Source of the DNA: a virus
IMG/VR virus record: IMGVR_UViG_3300017743_005089
Location: 36,971-100,970 of that record
Strand: one strand, 5' to 3'
DNA: 64,000 bases
Shown: piece after piece, positions 1 through 9,565 of the stretch
Layout of the letters: each line of letters opens with the position of its first letter
Numbering within the stretch: the stretch's first letter is position 1
Translations under genes and position numbers: made by a program
Notes under the pieces: model-generated
Seen by the model: only the letters and a program-made list of their open reading frames with translations
What the model was told of the DNA's origin: nothing
The model's database searches: none

Positions 1-164
1 AAAATGGCGCGCATGATTTTATCAACGGCTTATTGTGCGAAGACGAACACGAGTCTGGCGTACTAATTCACCCAGAAAAAGGAAACATAATAATAGATAG
101 GATCACTTGTGTAAACTTGAATTATATTTTAACTAAATTGAAATTGATATCTAGCGGCAAGTAA
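1..164 (+). CDS. 3' end of a hypothetical protein, truncated by the window edge
   Basis: Frame 3 is open from the edge (NGAHDFINGLLCEDEH...LISSGK) to TAA 162-164, next to the following ATG. Confidence 0.6.
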   Translation, partial: NGAHDFINGLLCEDEHESGVLIHPEKGNIIIDRITCVNLNYILTKLKLISSGK

Positions 165-165
165 A

Positions 166-462
166 ATGAATAAACTACTCTCACTTTTTTTATTACTTAA
201 TTTACTTTCATGCGCTAGTTCTAAAATGAAAACAAATACAAAACCGAAAATAGATTTACAAAAAATTTTCAAAGATGTAGATTTAAATAATGACCTAGTG
301 ATAGACCTAAACGAATCTATTATTTATTCTGAATCCATTCCCGAATATGACTATTCTAGCCCGCTTTTAATTTTTTTCATAATAACCATTATAGTCCTTT
401 CTACTTGTTTTTCTTCGGTATTAAGCTCTTGGCTCCCTAGGTTTTTTGCAAAAAAAGATTAA
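166..462 (+). CDS. Putative lipoprotein with EF-hand-like loop and C-terminal TM helix
   Basis: Signal with lipobox LLSC; DLNNDLVIDLNE loop; hydrophobic LLIFFIITIIVLSTCF. Confidence 0.6.
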   Translation: MNKLLSLFLLLNLLSCASSKMKTNTKPKIDLQKIFKDVDLNNDLVIDLNESIIYSESIPEYDYSSPLLIFFIITIIVLSTCFSSVLSSWLPRFFAKKD

Positions 463-478
463 GTTTTGATTTTTTTAA

Positions 479-507
479 TTGACTGTTTTTGTTTTTTAAG
501 GTATACT
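479..507 (+). promoter_or_regulatory. sigma70-type promoter upstream of nrdB
   Basis: TTGACT-N17-TATACT. Confidence 0.65.
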
Positions 508-546
508 TAATGATCTATTAAACAATAATATTCGTTATAAATATAT

Positions 547-1560
547 ATGAAAGATAAAACAGGAGAACTTTTAACAAATAATATAGCTGGGGTCAACAGG
601 ATACTTCCCCATAAACACAAATACGCTTGGGACCTTTTTCTTAAAAGTTGCGCCAACAATTGGATGCCCACAGAGATATCAATGCAAAACGATATTGCCC
701 AATGGAAGAATAAAGAAATAACTGAAGACGAAAAACTTTTAGTAAAAAGATGTTTGGGTTTCTTTGCTGGCAGTGAATCTCTAGTTGGCAACAATCTACT
801 ACTTTCAGCTTTTAGGTACATCACCGATGCGGAATGTAGACAGTACATCTTAAGGCAAGCTTTCGAAGAAAGCTTGCACAATTTAACAGTAGTGTATATC
901 TGTGACAGCTTGGACCTAGAAATAGATGAAGTTTACGCTGCTTATCAAAACATACCAAGCATAAAAGCTAAAGATGATTTCTTAATGAGCATAACGGACG
1001 ATATAACGTCTAACGATTTTGACTCTACCACAAAATCTGGAAAGCAAGCCATCCTAAGGAATTTCTTAACGTATTGGATTATATGTGAAGGCACTTTTTT
1101 CTTTAGTGGCTTTGCAATGCTCTTAGCCCTAGGCAGACAGAACAAACTCCAAGGAGTGTCTGATCAAATCAAGTATACATTGAGGGACGAAAGCTCTCAT
1201 ATCGCTTTTGGAACGTACTTAATAAATACGCTTATCGAGCAAAATCCATCTATTTGGACTAAATCCATCCAAGAAGAGTTTGTGGAGCATATTAAAAAAG
1301 CAGTGGAACTTGAGATAAATTATGCGCACGATGTTCTTCCCACTGGAATATTAGGTTTAAATGCAGACATGTTTGTTGATTACATGCACTACATCGGAAA
1401 CAGGAGGCTGGAAGCCATAGGCTTAGATTACAGGTTCCCTAGCGACAAAAACCCATTCCCATGGCTCGGTGAAGTCGTAGACGTTCAAGCTATGGGCAAC
1501 TTCTTTGAAAGAAGGGTTAGGGAATACCAGCAAAGCGGATCTTTAGAAGACGATTTTTAG
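547..1560 (+). CDS. nrdB: Ribonucleotide reductase small subunit, class Ic (R2c, Mn/Fe type)
   Basis: Ferritin-like ligands GSESLV, EESLH, ICEG, RDESSH; C-terminal NFFERRVREY; Glu at the first ligand and Val at the radical-Tyr position; resembles Chlamydia R2. Confidence 0.92.
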   Translation: MKDKTGELLTNNIAGVNRILPHKHKYAWDLFLKSCANNWMPTEISMQNDIAQWKNKEITEDEKLLVKRCLGFFAGSESLVGNNLLLSAFRYITDAECRQYILRQAFEESLHNLTVVYICDSLDLEIDEVYAAYQNIPSIKAKDDFLMSITDDITSNDFDSTTKSGKQAILRNFLTYWIICEGTFFFSGFAMLLALGRQNKLQGVSDQIKYTLRDESSHIAFGTYLINTLIEQNPSIWTKSIQEEFVEHIKKAVELEINYAHDVLPTGILGLNADMFVDYMHYIGNRRLEAIGLDYRFPSDKNPFPWLGEVVDVQAMGNFFERRVREYQQSGSLEDDF

Positions 1561-1564
1561 TGTA
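1560..1564 (+). promoter_or_regulatory. GTGTA upstream element, representative copy (others at 2414, 12103, 22468, 23113, 26419, 30388, 36120, 38570, 50829, 58318, 61020)
   Basis: (A/T)GTGTA plus AT-rich tract recurs at gene boundaries, mostly 9-16 nt before a start codon. Confidence 0.65.
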
Positions 1565-1574
1565 ATATATATAG

Positions 1575-1856
1575 GTGACGAAACTACCTATATATACATT
1601 AAGTAATATTAGCGGAGAGACTGGAATTCTCTATCAGCTAGACGCCTCTAAGATAAATTCTGCATCTGGAGTAGTTTCAGAATTCGACAGCAATAATATC
1701 TCTTGTTTGAATATAGACTGCCAAGACGTTGATACGAATAACATCTCTACAGCAAGCTTACAACTTAATTATGATTCTCTATCTACCTCCGACCCAGGCA
1801 TAAAAGGGGTAATATGGAGAGATTCTAATAATTTTTTAAAAATCAGCAGTGGCTAA
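1575..1856 (+). CDS. Small putative virion-associated protein
   Basis: GTG start after GTGTA element; C-terminal STSDPGIKGVIWRD..LKISSG resembles a motif common in phage structural proteins. Confidence 0.55.
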   Translation: MTKLPIYTLSNISGETGILYQLDASKINSASGVVSEFDSNNISCLNIDCQDVDTNNISTASLQLNYDSLSTSDPGIKGVIWRDSNNFLKISSG

Positions 1857-1882
1857 ACATAGTAGTTATTTTATAATAACTA

Positions 1883-2419
1883 TTGTTGAGAGACTATAAA
1901 GACAGAATACTTATAAAACTTAAGAAGAAGTGTTCCGAAGTGAACGCTGAACTTAAGGAAGTTGAGTGTATATACGATGCAGCGTTACCTATGTTTTGCG
2001 ATTCTGTAAATTTTTTTTGCAGAAACCATTCTGTCGAAAATCCACTCGACTCAATAGAAAAAGAAGACGAAAAGAGCAAAAAAGAAATAAGCTCCAACTT
2101 TAAGTCTCTTTATAGAAAGATAGCAATTCAAACCCACCCAGATAAAGGAGGACAAAATCAAGATAATATAAATAAATATCAACAAGCCACCAACGCAAAA
2201 AAAGATAGTCAAATAGATAAACTTGTATCTATAGCTAAAGATTTAAAAATCAACCTTTCGGAGTTAAAATACAGAGACATCAACTTGATTGAAGAAAGCC
2301 TAAAAGATACTGAAAATAAAATATCTCAAATCCGAGACACCTTTGTTTGGCATTGGTTTTTTTCGAACAAAAACAAAAGAACTGATATTATAGCTAAATT
2401 TGTATATAAAAAAGTGTAA
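1883..2419 (+). CDS. J-domain (DnaJ-like) protein
   Basis: FKSLYRKIAIQTHPDKGG contains the HPD motif; TATAAT at 1872 just upstream. Confidence 0.75.
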   Translation: MLRDYKDRILIKLKKKCSEVNAELKEVECIYDAALPMFCDSVNFFCRNHSVENPLDSIEKEDEKSKKEISSNFKSLYRKIAIQTHPDKGGQNQDNINKYQQATNAKKDSQIDKLVSIAKDLKINLSELKYRDINLIEESLKDTENKISQIRDTFVWHWFFSNKNKRTDIIAKFVYKKV

Positions 2420-2535
2420 TTTATCTACTGATGTACTGTAGGCTTTTATCTTTTTTTTATTATATAATTTTTGACACTTTTAATATACTTAAGAGCCAAT
2501 GGTTTTGCATGTAAAAATACTAATAACAAAACTCA

Positions 2536-2637
2536 ATGGCAATCCTAATTATAAAAAAAACTGCTCAACTGGTAGCTAAAAAGCTTTCTAAGATCAGGGT
2601 TATTCAGGAAAAGCCTCCACCCCCTCCTCCTACATAA
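2536..2637 (+). CDS. 33-aa small ORF ending in hexaproline (MAILIIKKTAQLVAKKLSKIRVIQEKPPPPPPT)
   Basis: Read by hand; stop is 2 nt before the ATG of the first island gene. Confidence 0.45.
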   Translation: MAILIIKKTAQLVAKKLSKIRVIQEKPPPPPPT

Positions 2638-2639
2638 TT

Positions 2640-3281
2640 ATGCTTGGATATGTAAAAAACAGTGTAAATAAAATAAAATATTTCTACGAATCTAATTCAT
2701 TAAAAATATTAAACTATTTAGATAAGGAGCTAGCCTACGAAGATTCCTTAAAGTATTACACGGAACAATCTCACATAAATAAATTAAACATGAATTATAA
2801 ATCTTACATTTTTTCTCAAGACATATGCAGCTTAAGTTCAATGCCAGAACCTTCCATAGAAGAGATAATAAGGATAAATAAAAAAATAACCGATCACACA
2901 TGGGGCGTAATTCTAGAGTCAGAAAAAATAAATGATATAAACATTTATATAGCTCAAATGAACAAAGTACAAATAAACGCAAGAAAGTCTAATTTTTTTG
3001 TCGTAACAGATTGTGAAGATGTATTATTAAAATTAAATGATGTTTTTAACTGGATGGGGAAGTTCCATTATATAGTTCCAAACACCTACAATGATAATAT
3101 TGACTTGGAGTATCGCCCCAGCATTAACTTTCACTGCCTCAAACATTTAGACAAGCATATATCTACCCCAAATTCTAAATATATGAAAATGCTTAAATCT
3201 ATAGGCGGCAAACAAGTAACAGTTCCAAATCCGTCAAGGGTGTTCTGTTTTAATTCAAAAAAATTGGTTCCAGGAAAATGA
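2640..3281 (+). CDS. Hypothetical protein, possibly degenerate fucosyltransferase-like
   Basis: FFVVTD resembles the F(V/L)ATD motif of GT-B fucosyltransferases; first gene of the island. Confidence 0.45.
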   Translation: MLGYVKNSVNKIKYFYESNSLKILNYLDKELAYEDSLKYYTEQSHINKLNMNYKSYIFSQDICSLSSMPEPSIEEIIRINKKITDHTWGVILESEKINDINIYIAQMNKVQINARKSNFFVVTDCEDVLLKLNDVFNWMGKFHYIVPNTYNDNIDLEYRPSINFHCLKHLDKHISTPNSKYMKMLKSIGGKQVTVPNPSRVFCFNSKKLVPGK

Positions 3282-4207
3282 AAAGGATATCGTACGTTTT
3301 AGTTTCCAGGAATGACAGGTACAACGGGGATTCTGTTGGTAGGTGTACTAATACTATCAATCACGCATGTGAGATCATTCAAAAAAACAACGTCGCAGAA
3401 GAGTCCGAAGTTGTCTTGGTAGATTGGTGTTCTAAAAAAGAACCCCTAAAAGATGCTATAAAGCATAGGTTATCCCCTCAATGCAAAGATGTTTTAAAGA
3501 TTGTTACAGTGCCACCAGACATCGCCGACAAACATCAGGGTGATTCGCCTTTTTCTGAAGTGCATGCAATGAATGTTGGTTTTAGACAAATGAGCGGCAA
3601 ACACTTTGCCAGAATTGATCAAGACACTTTGATTGGTCAAAGATTTATGGATTGGTTTTATAAAGAGTATGAGGTAAAGGATTATGGCTGGCCCTGGCCT
3701 AGGGCATCATTTTGCAGTAGAAGAAATTTGAGTGAAGATCAATCCCACCATTCAGTTTTTCGAGATTATGTATATGACCAAGCCTTATCCAAACAAGTAG
3801 AAATATGCCATGAGCACAACCATTACAGTAGATTAATGCCCAACGAGCAAATATACCCTTTTTACGGGGGGGCTGTTGGGGTAATGATGGTTGAAAAGGA
3901 TTGCTACTTAGAGCATAAAGGCTTCAACGAAAGTTTAGTTTACATGAATAGTATGGACACAGAATTCATGAATAGAATTGCTCAGAAAGAAGACGTATAC
4001 AATTTATGCCTATCCATTGATGCGGATTTTTATCACCAACACCACGACAGAGGGGACGGCGCCTCAAACGACACAACTCAACCACATGCCCAACAAGAAG
4101 GGGTTAGAAAAACCAACGAGTTAGATGTTAGAAATAAAATGATAGAAAACCCAAACCCAGACAACTGGGGCTTAATTGACGAAAATTTAGATGTAATTTT
4201 ACTATGA
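3278..4207 (+). CDS. GT-A fold glycosyltransferase (GT2/GT7C-like)
   Basis: ISYVLVSRND, VVLVDW, AMNVG, RIDQD (DxD), GFNE, YHQHH. Confidence 0.75.
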   Translation: MKRISYVLVSRNDRYNGDSVGRCTNTINHACEIIQKNNVAEESEVVLVDWCSKKEPLKDAIKHRLSPQCKDVLKIVTVPPDIADKHQGDSPFSEVHAMNVGFRQMSGKHFARIDQDTLIGQRFMDWFYKEYEVKDYGWPWPRASFCSRRNLSEDQSHHSVFRDYVYDQALSKQVEICHEHNHYSRLMPNEQIYPFYGGAVGVMMVEKDCYLEHKGFNESLVYMNSMDTEFMNRIAQKEDVYNLCLSIDADFYHQHHDRGDGASNDTTQPHAQQEGVRKTNELDVRNKMIENPNPDNWGLIDENLDVILL

Positions 4208-5055
4208 AAAACGTAGTTTATATAATAAATAATCTCCCATCGGACACCGATTTCGCGAACCCTGGTTACAAAAATGTAGCATGGGTCCCTCACTGCTTAA
4301 AGTCCTTGGAATCCTATTGTGATAAAATTAACGCAGATCTAAAGATCATATCCTCTAAAGATTTTCCAGCCTTTGCAGAGATAAATGATTACAATTTTAG
4401 CTTTTATCAAAAAAGCACTTTCATAAAGGTTTTAATGCTTCATGAATTCATGAAGACGGATTATGATAAATTTGCGCTTCTCGACCTGGACATGGTTGTA
4501 AGCAAGGATGCTGAAGATATTTTTGAAAGATACAAGGATGACCATTTTGTAATGCAGTATGGATTCAATGAAGCCGTAGTAAAAAAGAATGAAATATTTC
4601 TAAAGCAGTATTTAAAATCAATCCCTGCTGATGAATCTGTATACAGGTACAATGAAAAAACAAAAAGAAACATGCCTAAGTACAATTTAAACTTAGGATG
4701 CTATATAATGAGTAAAAAAATTGTTAGCAAGTTGACTAAAGTATTACCAGACCAGTATAGTTTCGTCTCTTTCTTAAAGGATAACAATTTAATAGACAAC
4801 CCCGTGTTAGAAGTTTTCGGAGAAAGAAAAGATTTTATAGATCAAGATTTATACGGTTTCGCTTATTCAAAAACAGACGCCCTAGATTACCACAAGCCCA
4901 TGGATTGGGTTTGGAATGCAAACTATCAGGCCTGCTTCCAAAAAGGAGATCAAAACAAAGATTTCAACCTGTGTCACCTTTGCGGCGAAGACGGCAAGCA
5001 GTTTCTTTTAGATAATTTAAATAACCCAGAAGTTATTTCTAGAATCGATGTATAG
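4204..5055 (+). CDS. GT-A glycosyltransferase (GT8/GT34-like)
   Basis: LLDLDMVV (DxD), NLGCYI, DQD, WNA, CHLCG. Confidence 0.7.
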   Translation: MKNVVYIINNLPSDTDFANPGYKNVAWVPHCLKSLESYCDKINADLKIISSKDFPAFAEINDYNFSFYQKSTFIKVLMLHEFMKTDYDKFALLDLDMVVSKDAEDIFERYKDDHFVMQYGFNEAVVKKNEIFLKQYLKSIPADESVYRYNEKTKRNMPKYNLNLGCYIMSKKIVSKLTKVLPDQYSFVSFLKDNNLIDNPVLEVFGERKDFIDQDLYGFAYSKTDALDYHKPMDWVWNANYQACFQKGDQNKDFNLCHLCGEDGKQFLLDNLNNPEVISRIDV

Positions 5056-5734
5056 CCACAAACATAAATTCATATACGTACATATACCCAAGTCTGCAGG
5101 CACCTTTGTAAAACATTATTTGCTTTCAAATATAGATTCTAACTATGAAAGTAATCAGAACCAACAGGACTATGATGATAAATACTGCGTTACCTGCGAA
5201 AGACCCCTATCATCTATAGTAAAAGAAATTCCAAATCACAAAGATTATTTTAAATTTACAGTTGTGAGAAATCCTTTTGATAGGGTCGTTTCAATGTTTT
5301 GTTACCTAGGGGGCTGGAAGTTTGACTATTTTGTCGAAAATAATATAGACTCTCCAATGATGCCCTACGTACAAGAATTCCACAAGTACTATATGTCTAA
5401 TGATTTTGATGGTTTCATAGACTGCGCCTACAAAGAAGGTCTCATTAAAAAATTTCATACTGGTTATTTCGAAAACTACATAGATAGAATAAGCGTTGAG
5501 GGAAAAATATGCATCAATAAATACTATAAGATGGAAAAGATTAAACTTTGCATTTCTGATTTGCGCAAAACTTTTAAGTTTAAAAGCAAAAAAGGGTTTA
5601 CAGATTGGAGGCAGAATAGTAGCTCAGAATATAAAAAAATAAAAAAATATAAGGACTACTACTCCCAATACAGTCGAGACTTTGTAGAAAATCATTTCGG
5701 CAGAGATTTGGATTATTTTGGCTATGGATTCTAA
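5048..5734 (+). CDS. Sulfotransferase family 2 protein
   Basis: HIPKSAGT (5'-PSB) and VRNPFDRVVS (3'-PB); D..YFGY tail. Confidence 0.85.
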   Translation: MYSHKHKFIYVHIPKSAGTFVKHYLLSNIDSNYESNQNQQDYDDKYCVTCERPLSSIVKEIPNHKDYFKFTVVRNPFDRVVSMFCYLGGWKFDYFVENNIDSPMMPYVQEFHKYYMSNDFDGFIDCAYKEGLIKKFHTGYFENYIDRISVEGKICINKYYKMEKIKLCISDLRKTFKFKSKKGFTDWRQNSSSEYKKIKKYKDYYSQYSRDFVENHFGRDLDYFGYGF

Positions 5735-6524
5735 GTTTGTAATATTTGGCCAAGAAAGAGCTGGAACGACTAGTTTAATCTCAGCATTAAACAAGAATGA
5801 TCGGATTGTCCATGAACCAATATCTTCTCTAACTGGTGATTTAGAACACAATCCTAGATATGCTAAAATAATTCAAGAGCATAAAATGGACCCCAATACT
5901 TTGCCTTATTCTAAAAACATACCTTATTTTAATAAATTTAATAATATCGCAGAAGACAAAGATAAGCTTTGGAGTTTTTTAGACTCCCTATTTTCTACCT
6001 TCGATGGAGTTAAGCACGTATGGTGCACTTCCTCAGAAGAAGGTAATGAAAATTTTCTTTATTATTGCCAGGCTCATGGAATTAAAATTATATTTCAATA
6101 TAGAGAAAGCGCTTTTTACCCTGCAGTTTCCTGGCAATTAGCTAACCAAGTTCAAGTTTGGCAACTCGGAGAAAACAAAGAGTATAAAAGTACAGTCGAC
6201 TCTTTTGATTATAAAGAACTTGAAGAACCACCCATAAAACGAAGGGTGGCTTGGTACAAAAAATACATCCCTTACTATCACTCCTTATTACCACCTGATT
6301 CTTTTACTTCTAAATACGAAGATCTTTATGGTTTGGAAAGTTATACAGAAAGGTTGAATAGATTTAACGATATAATTTATTACCTTGACGTTGAGGTTGA
6401 CATTAGTAACGTAGAAAATTTTTTATCTACAGATAGGAGGGTTTTTGGCAAAAAAGCTTACAATAAAATACCTAATTACCAAGAAATGTTTGAAAGATAC
6501 GGTCAAGAAAAAATTAAATTATGA
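5724..6524 (+). CDS. Stf0/NodH-like sulfotransferase
   Basis: FVIFGQERAGTTSL loop, HEP, R....AVS, YEDL; ATG at 5724 preferred. Confidence 0.7.
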   Translation: MDSKFVIFGQERAGTTSLISALNKNDRIVHEPISSLTGDLEHNPRYAKIIQEHKMDPNTLPYSKNIPYFNKFNNIAEDKDKLWSFLDSLFSTFDGVKHVWCTSSEEGNENFLYYCQAHGIKIIFQYRESAFYPAVSWQLANQVQVWQLGENKEYKSTVDSFDYKELEEPPIKRRVAWYKKYIPYYHSLLPPDSFTSKYEDLYGLESYTERLNRFNDIIYYLDVEVDISNVENFLSTDRRVFGKKAYNKIPNYQEMFERYGQEKIKL

Positions 6525-7408
6525 ATAATTATTACTATTTTTCTCGCGATACTGGTTGGGGTGACACTTTATGGCACCTTACTAATGCCTTGATGTATTG
6601 CGAGCAGAATAATAAAGGAATACTTATTGATATGCGCGGACATTGGGCAAGTAAAGGTAATAGTAATTTATTTGGTGAATATTTTCTCAGTATAGACACA
6701 GATATAGAAGTTATAATAAATGAAGAATGTATAGATCAGCTCAAAAAAGATGCTGAACAACATTCTGACTCTAGATTAGTAATAAAAAACCCACTTAAAT
6801 CCAAAGAAGATTCTAAAAAATTTTATGATACATTTAATAGAATTAGCGTTCACGGGACTATCGCCAAAGAAATAGATGAGATACGCAAAAAATATTTCGC
6901 AGGAAATTATATAGTTGGAATTCATGCTAGAACATCAAACGGAGAAGTTTTACCATCAAAAACTGGAAACTCAAATCGTTTTCAGGGGGAAAGAAATGCA
7001 ATACAAACTATTTTTGACGTATATAAAGAAAAAATAGATCATGTATTATTTGATTCGCCTCGTGCATTCTTAAAATCTTGTGACAACTATAAGTTTTTTG
7101 TTGCCACAGATTCAAAACAATTTGTTGATTTGTTTAAAAAAGAATACGGCAACACAATCGTAACCGAAAGATACTTCGCTCCTCCAGGTTGCGGCACTGG
7201 CCACGAAAAAGGGGATCAGTCTACAGATTTACAAATTCAGATGGAAGAAAAATACGGACGCATAAACATAGCTAAAGAAGCGTTGGTTGATTTCTACTTA
7301 CTACAGTATACAAATTTTCTATTTAAAAACTTTAGTAGATTTAATGAGTTTTGTTTGTACAAGGGTATACCAAATTTCCATATTAACTTTCAGCAAAAAT
7401 GTTATTAA
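6521..7408 (+). CDS. NodZ-like alpha-1,6-fucosyltransferase (GT23-like)
   Basis: RDTGWGDTLW..IDMRG, VGIHARTSNGE, FFVATDS, ALVDFYLL..S.F follow the NodZ motif order. Confidence 0.78.
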   Translation: MNNYYYFSRDTGWGDTLWHLTNALMYCEQNNKGILIDMRGHWASKGNSNLFGEYFLSIDTDIEVIINEECIDQLKKDAEQHSDSRLVIKNPLKSKEDSKKFYDTFNRISVHGTIAKEIDEIRKKYFAGNYIVGIHARTSNGEVLPSKTGNSNRFQGERNAIQTIFDVYKEKIDHVLFDSPRAFLKSCDNYKFFVATDSKQFVDLFKKEYGNTIVTERYFAPPGCGTGHEKGDQSTDLQIQMEEKYGRINIAKEALVDFYLLQYTNFLFKNFSRFNEFCLYKGIPNFHINFQQKCY

Positions 7409-8047
7409 ATGATTAGCCATAAACACAAATGTATATTTTTACATATCCCAAAAGTAGCAGGCACATCTGTTGAAAGGTTTTTGCGAAATGTTGACCCAAA
7501 TATACCAGCAAAAGTTTTAAGGAAGCGAGGCTTTTCTCATTTTTTAAATGACTATTTAGATTATTATGTATTTTCATTTGTCCGCAACCCATATGACCGT
7601 TTAGTTTCTGCTTGGAAATGGGGGCAACTTAAATTTGGGAAAGAAGGCGACTTGCCTTTTTACAACAAAGAACGTGCGGTATCATTCCAAGAATATGTTT
7701 TATTAACTACCGACTTTGGATATCGAAAAGACAATCAAAACTTATGGAGTGAATACGACGAATATCATACATTGCCTCAATTTAAATTTTTTCCTAATTT
7801 AAACGGAGGTCATTATTTTACAGATAAAATTAATCCTAATTTTACTTGTAATTTCATTGGGCGCTTTGAAAATTTACACGAAGATTTTAATAAGGTTTGC
7901 CCTAATATAGGGACAAAGGAATTTAAACTTCCCCATGCATACAACTCAAAAACTTTCAAAAAAACTTTTGACTGGACTGATTCATTAAAAGATAAAGTTC
8001 ATAATTATTATAAAAAAGATTTTGAATTATTTAATTATGACAAATGA
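7409..8047 (+). CDS. Sulfotransferase family 2 protein
   Basis: HIPKVAGT, VRNPYDRLVS, GRFENL, DFELFNY. Confidence 0.88.
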   Translation: MISHKHKCIFLHIPKVAGTSVERFLRNVDPNIPAKVLRKRGFSHFLNDYLDYYVFSFVRNPYDRLVSAWKWGQLKFGKEGDLPFYNKERAVSFQEYVLLTTDFGYRKDNQNLWSEYDEYHTLPQFKFFPNLNGGHYFTDKINPNFTCNFIGRFENLHEDFNKVCPNIGTKEFKLPHAYNSKTFKKTFDWTDSLKDKVHNYYKKDFELFNYDK

Positions 8048-8931
8048 AATTTTGTATATTTACTCATTTATTTTTTAGACCCAATCTTTTTCACTTTGAA
8101 GAATGGCTAAAGTATCATATTGATTTTGGCGTAGATCATTTTTATTTTTATGAAAGTTCTCATGCAGGTATTCCCTGCTTACAAAGAGATACTAAACGAG
8201 ATATAGATATCTCTATGGTTGGAGATATACCTTACAAAGAAATTTATCGACACTTTGATAAAATAAGGGAAAAATACAATAATTACTGTACTTTTATTAA
8301 ATGGTTGCCCAAGGATAAAAACGGCAATTATCTAGAGCATGATCAAATTAATGCTTATGAACAGGTTACCGCTTTTGACCACTTCTATAAAAATTACGCT
8401 AAAAAACATGACAGAGTATCAACTATAGATTGTGACGAATTTTATTATAGCGAAAAATACGACAATATAAAAAGCTTTGTCGCCCAAAACCAACAAAATA
8501 TTTTGTTATTAGGTTGTAAATTTTTTGAATCTGTATTCATCAACGTCGGCGGCCTAGTAACACAAAAAACAAAGTGCCTAGATAAATTCTCAAGGGTTGG
8601 CTCTAAGTATATATTTAATCCTAAAAACGCAAACTTAATATACAATCATTCACCTCATTTTCCGCCCGCTAAAAACAAAACTAGTGTAAATATAAACCAA
8701 GAAGAACTTTGCTTATATCATTATAAAGTTAATAAAAATGCAAAAATTTCAATAGAGCACCACGGTAAACAAAAAATGGAGTACACAGAAGACAAATCAA
8801 TTAGCGAAAAAGCTTTATACTTAAAAGATTACAACTTTATAGAAAAGCCAAAAATACAACAAAAGTTTATTGATTCAAAACAAGATATATTGGGATTAGG
8901 TTCATTTAAATGGGATGAAATACAAAATTAA
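8044..8931 (+). CDS. GT92/GT2-like glycosyltransferase
   Basis: EEWLKYHIDFGVDHFYFY, IDCDEF, LYHY. Confidence 0.75.
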   Translation: MKFCIFTHLFFRPNLFHFEEWLKYHIDFGVDHFYFYESSHAGIPCLQRDTKRDIDISMVGDIPYKEIYRHFDKIREKYNNYCTFIKWLPKDKNGNYLEHDQINAYEQVTAFDHFYKNYAKKHDRVSTIDCDEFYYSEKYDNIKSFVAQNQQNILLLGCKFFESVFINVGGLVTQKTKCLDKFSRVGSKYIFNPKNANLIYNHSPHFPPAKNKTSVNINQEELCLYHYKVNKNAKISIEHHGKQKMEYTEDKSISEKALYLKDYNFIEKPKIQQKFIDSKQDILGLGSFKWDEIQN

Positions 8932-9565
8932 AATACCGAAAGTTATTCATCAGATTTATATTGGCGAAAAACGAATTCCAGATCAACAATTAATATGGCA
9001 GCGAACCTGGAAAGATTATAACCCTGGATGGCAATTTATTTTTTGGGATGACGCAAAATTAAAAAATATAGGCTTTATTAATAAAGACGCATTTAAATAT
9101 TGCAAAAGCATAGCTTCAAAAGTTGATTTAATAAGGTATGAAATTATTTATAAATTTGGAGGCCTTTATATTGATACAGACTTTGAATGTCTAAAAAGTA
9201 TCGATTCATTTTTTCATGATAAAGATTTTATTGCATGCCGCCAAAACCCAAGTGGACCGACGATTGCTAATGGTTTTATTGCCGCTACCCCTCAACACCG
9301 AATTATCGAAAAATTAATCAATGATACTCCAAAAAGATGCGTTACTCATAAATCAAAAGGTTGCGTAGAAAAGTTCGGGCCACGTTTTCTTACCGATGTT
9401 ATAGATGAAATCTACGGTTCAGAATTTAAATATTCCAAAAATTTTGATCCAAAAAATATTTACCCTTATATGTGGACAAAAAGACATAGCCTTAATGATG
9501 ACTTTAAAAAGATTTACCCTGAATCATATGCAGTCCATCATTGGTCTAAAAGCTGGCAAAAATGA
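8915..9565 (+). CDS. GT32 (OCH1-like) glycosyltransferase
   Basis: IPKVIHQ, DLIRYEIIYKFGGLYIDTD, GP.FLT, HHWSKSW. Confidence 0.88.
   Translation: MKYKIKIPKVIHQIYIGEKRIPDQQLIWQRTWKDYNPGWQFIFWDDAKLKNIGFINKDAFKYCKSIASKVDLIRYEIIYKFGGLYIDTDFECLKSIDSFFHDKDFIACRQNPSGPTIANGFIAATPQHRIIEKLINDTPKRCVTHKSKGCVEKFGPRFLTDVIDEIYGSEFKYSKNFDPKNIYPYMWTKRHSLNDDFKKIYPESYAVHHWSKSWQK

Noticed and set aside
536-543. T4-type late promoter TATAAATA (also at 61263)
   Set aside because: Only two intergenic copies noticed, in very AT-rich DNA; compatible with chance
2431-2514. 27-aa ORF after the GTGTA element at 2414
   Set aside because: Low-complexity T-rich sequence with no other support
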